In this document: positions 62,901 through 64,000 of the stretch, one piece after another
How positions within the stretch are numbered: position 1 is the stretch's first letter
How the letters are laid out: the number at the start of each line of letters is the position of its first letter
Assembly (NCBI RefSeq): GCF_030028105.1
Contig: NC_092382.1
Coordinates: forward strand, 27,631,792-27,695,791
Length of the DNA: 64,000 nucleotides
DNA from: Mobula birostris
Taxonomy: Eukaryota
Direction: 5' to 3'
Made by a program: the position numbers and the translations under genes
Notes under the pieces: model-generated
What the model saw: the letters and a program-made list of their open reading frames with translations, nothing else
Database searches by the model: none
What the model was told of the DNA's origin: nothing

Positions 62901-64000
62901 TAACGAATTCCCTATCACCCCTTTGATTTTTCTCTGCCAGGTAATCTCAACAGTTTCTAAAGTGGTTCCACCTGTTGTTGTGTGGGATGGACACAAGAGT
63001 ACTCTGCGATGGCTATTTAACCTCATTCTCCTTCCTGACTCTCACCTAGTTTCCTGTGTCCTGCACTTTGGGTGTAACTCACCTCTCTTCGTGTCATATC
63101 TATCACCCTCTCCAACTCCTGGATGATCCGGAAATCATCCATCTCAAGTTCCAACCCCTTAAAGTGCAGGGTTACAAGCTGCAGCTGGATGCACATCTTG
63201 TAGGTGAGGGCATCAGGGACACTGGAGGTCTCCTCACCCTCCCACCAATGTCCCCTCTAATTTGTAATGACCAGTGTGCACATCAATCTTGTACTGTGCA
63301 TTTTTTTTTACCCAGTGACAACATCTGCATCGTGAATTTTCTATAGAGAGGTATTTATTTCAACAGCTAGCAAATCACTGTCAGTAAGAACTTTGATCTT
63401 CTCTGGCTTCGATCGAGTTCATCTGCACTCTCACACAACCTATGTAGCAGGCCTGTAACGGGTAATGAAGGATTTTCTCGCCAGAGCTTTTGCACATTGT
63501 CCATATGTGGTTTGCTTGCTAAATTACGCTTTAAAAACTCAGATTTCCAAATATCACTCCACTTCTTCCCACTTGTAAATTCTCCAGCAACTTTTGCATC
63601 ACCACAATCCACACAGGTAACACCAGTTTCTGTATTGTACATAAATATTTCCCCTGAACCCTCCCCCAGGTGACTGACGGTGGTGAACTCAGTGATGGCA
63701 ATGCCAATGAATATGAAGGGAAGGGCAGTAGTCTGTCTCATTGGAGTCTGGCACATTTGTGATGTGAAAGCTACTTGTTGCCCAGGACAAAGGTGTTTGA
63801 TATCATTATGTACCCAGAGAGAGTGGGACAAAACATGTTCTCACGGGTAGAAAAGTCCAGAACAAGAGGGGGTGGAACCAGCAACAGACACAAAATGCTG
63901 GGGGAACTCAGCAGGCCAGGCAGCATCTATGGAAAAGAGTACTAATGCTGAGTTCCTCCAGCAATTTGTGTGTGTTGCTCGGATTTCCAGCATCTGCAGA

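Larger units (their letters stand above)
56845..64000 (-). repeat. Segmental duplication unit, copy D (inverted relative to A; continues past the window end and at 51230-51338)
   Basis: Colinear hAT relic (63246-63653), CR1 ORF1 relic, Rex (62010-62755), CR1 mosaic, ZNF exon, solo LTR. Confidence 0.9.

Overview
This is vertebrate genomic DNA, and the repeat and zinc-finger style suggests a cartilaginous fish such as a ray (inference). The window is a cluster of four paralogous tandem C2H2 zinc-finger genes with no visible effector domain, arranged + - + -. They are A 3763-5472 (20 fingers), B 19956-20993 (12), C 39686-40890 (14 units with a premature stop) and D 57109-59574 (29). Each sits in a duplicated unit that carries the same upstream mosaic of TE fossils. 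Two CpG-rich promoters (about 29.6-29.95 kb, probably bidirectional, and about 35.07-35.21 kb) lie between the divergent B and C genes. Almost everything else is nested transposable elements: CR1, Rex/Babar and L1 LINEs, a canonical Gypsy, two Gmr1-type Gypsy elements (integrase before RT in the one that retains pol), solo LTRs, hAT elements and Penelope-like (PLE) fragments. The most striking non-obvious signal is a set of minimal hammerhead ribozyme motifs in the PLE-derived repeats. One 1.12-kb insertion bounded by a target-site duplication (TSD), at 53739-54858, carries three of them: one inverted and two in tandem 371 nt apart, a retrozyme-like layout. No rRNA, tRNA or CRISPR was found. 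Repeat boundaries without a stated TSD are approximate.
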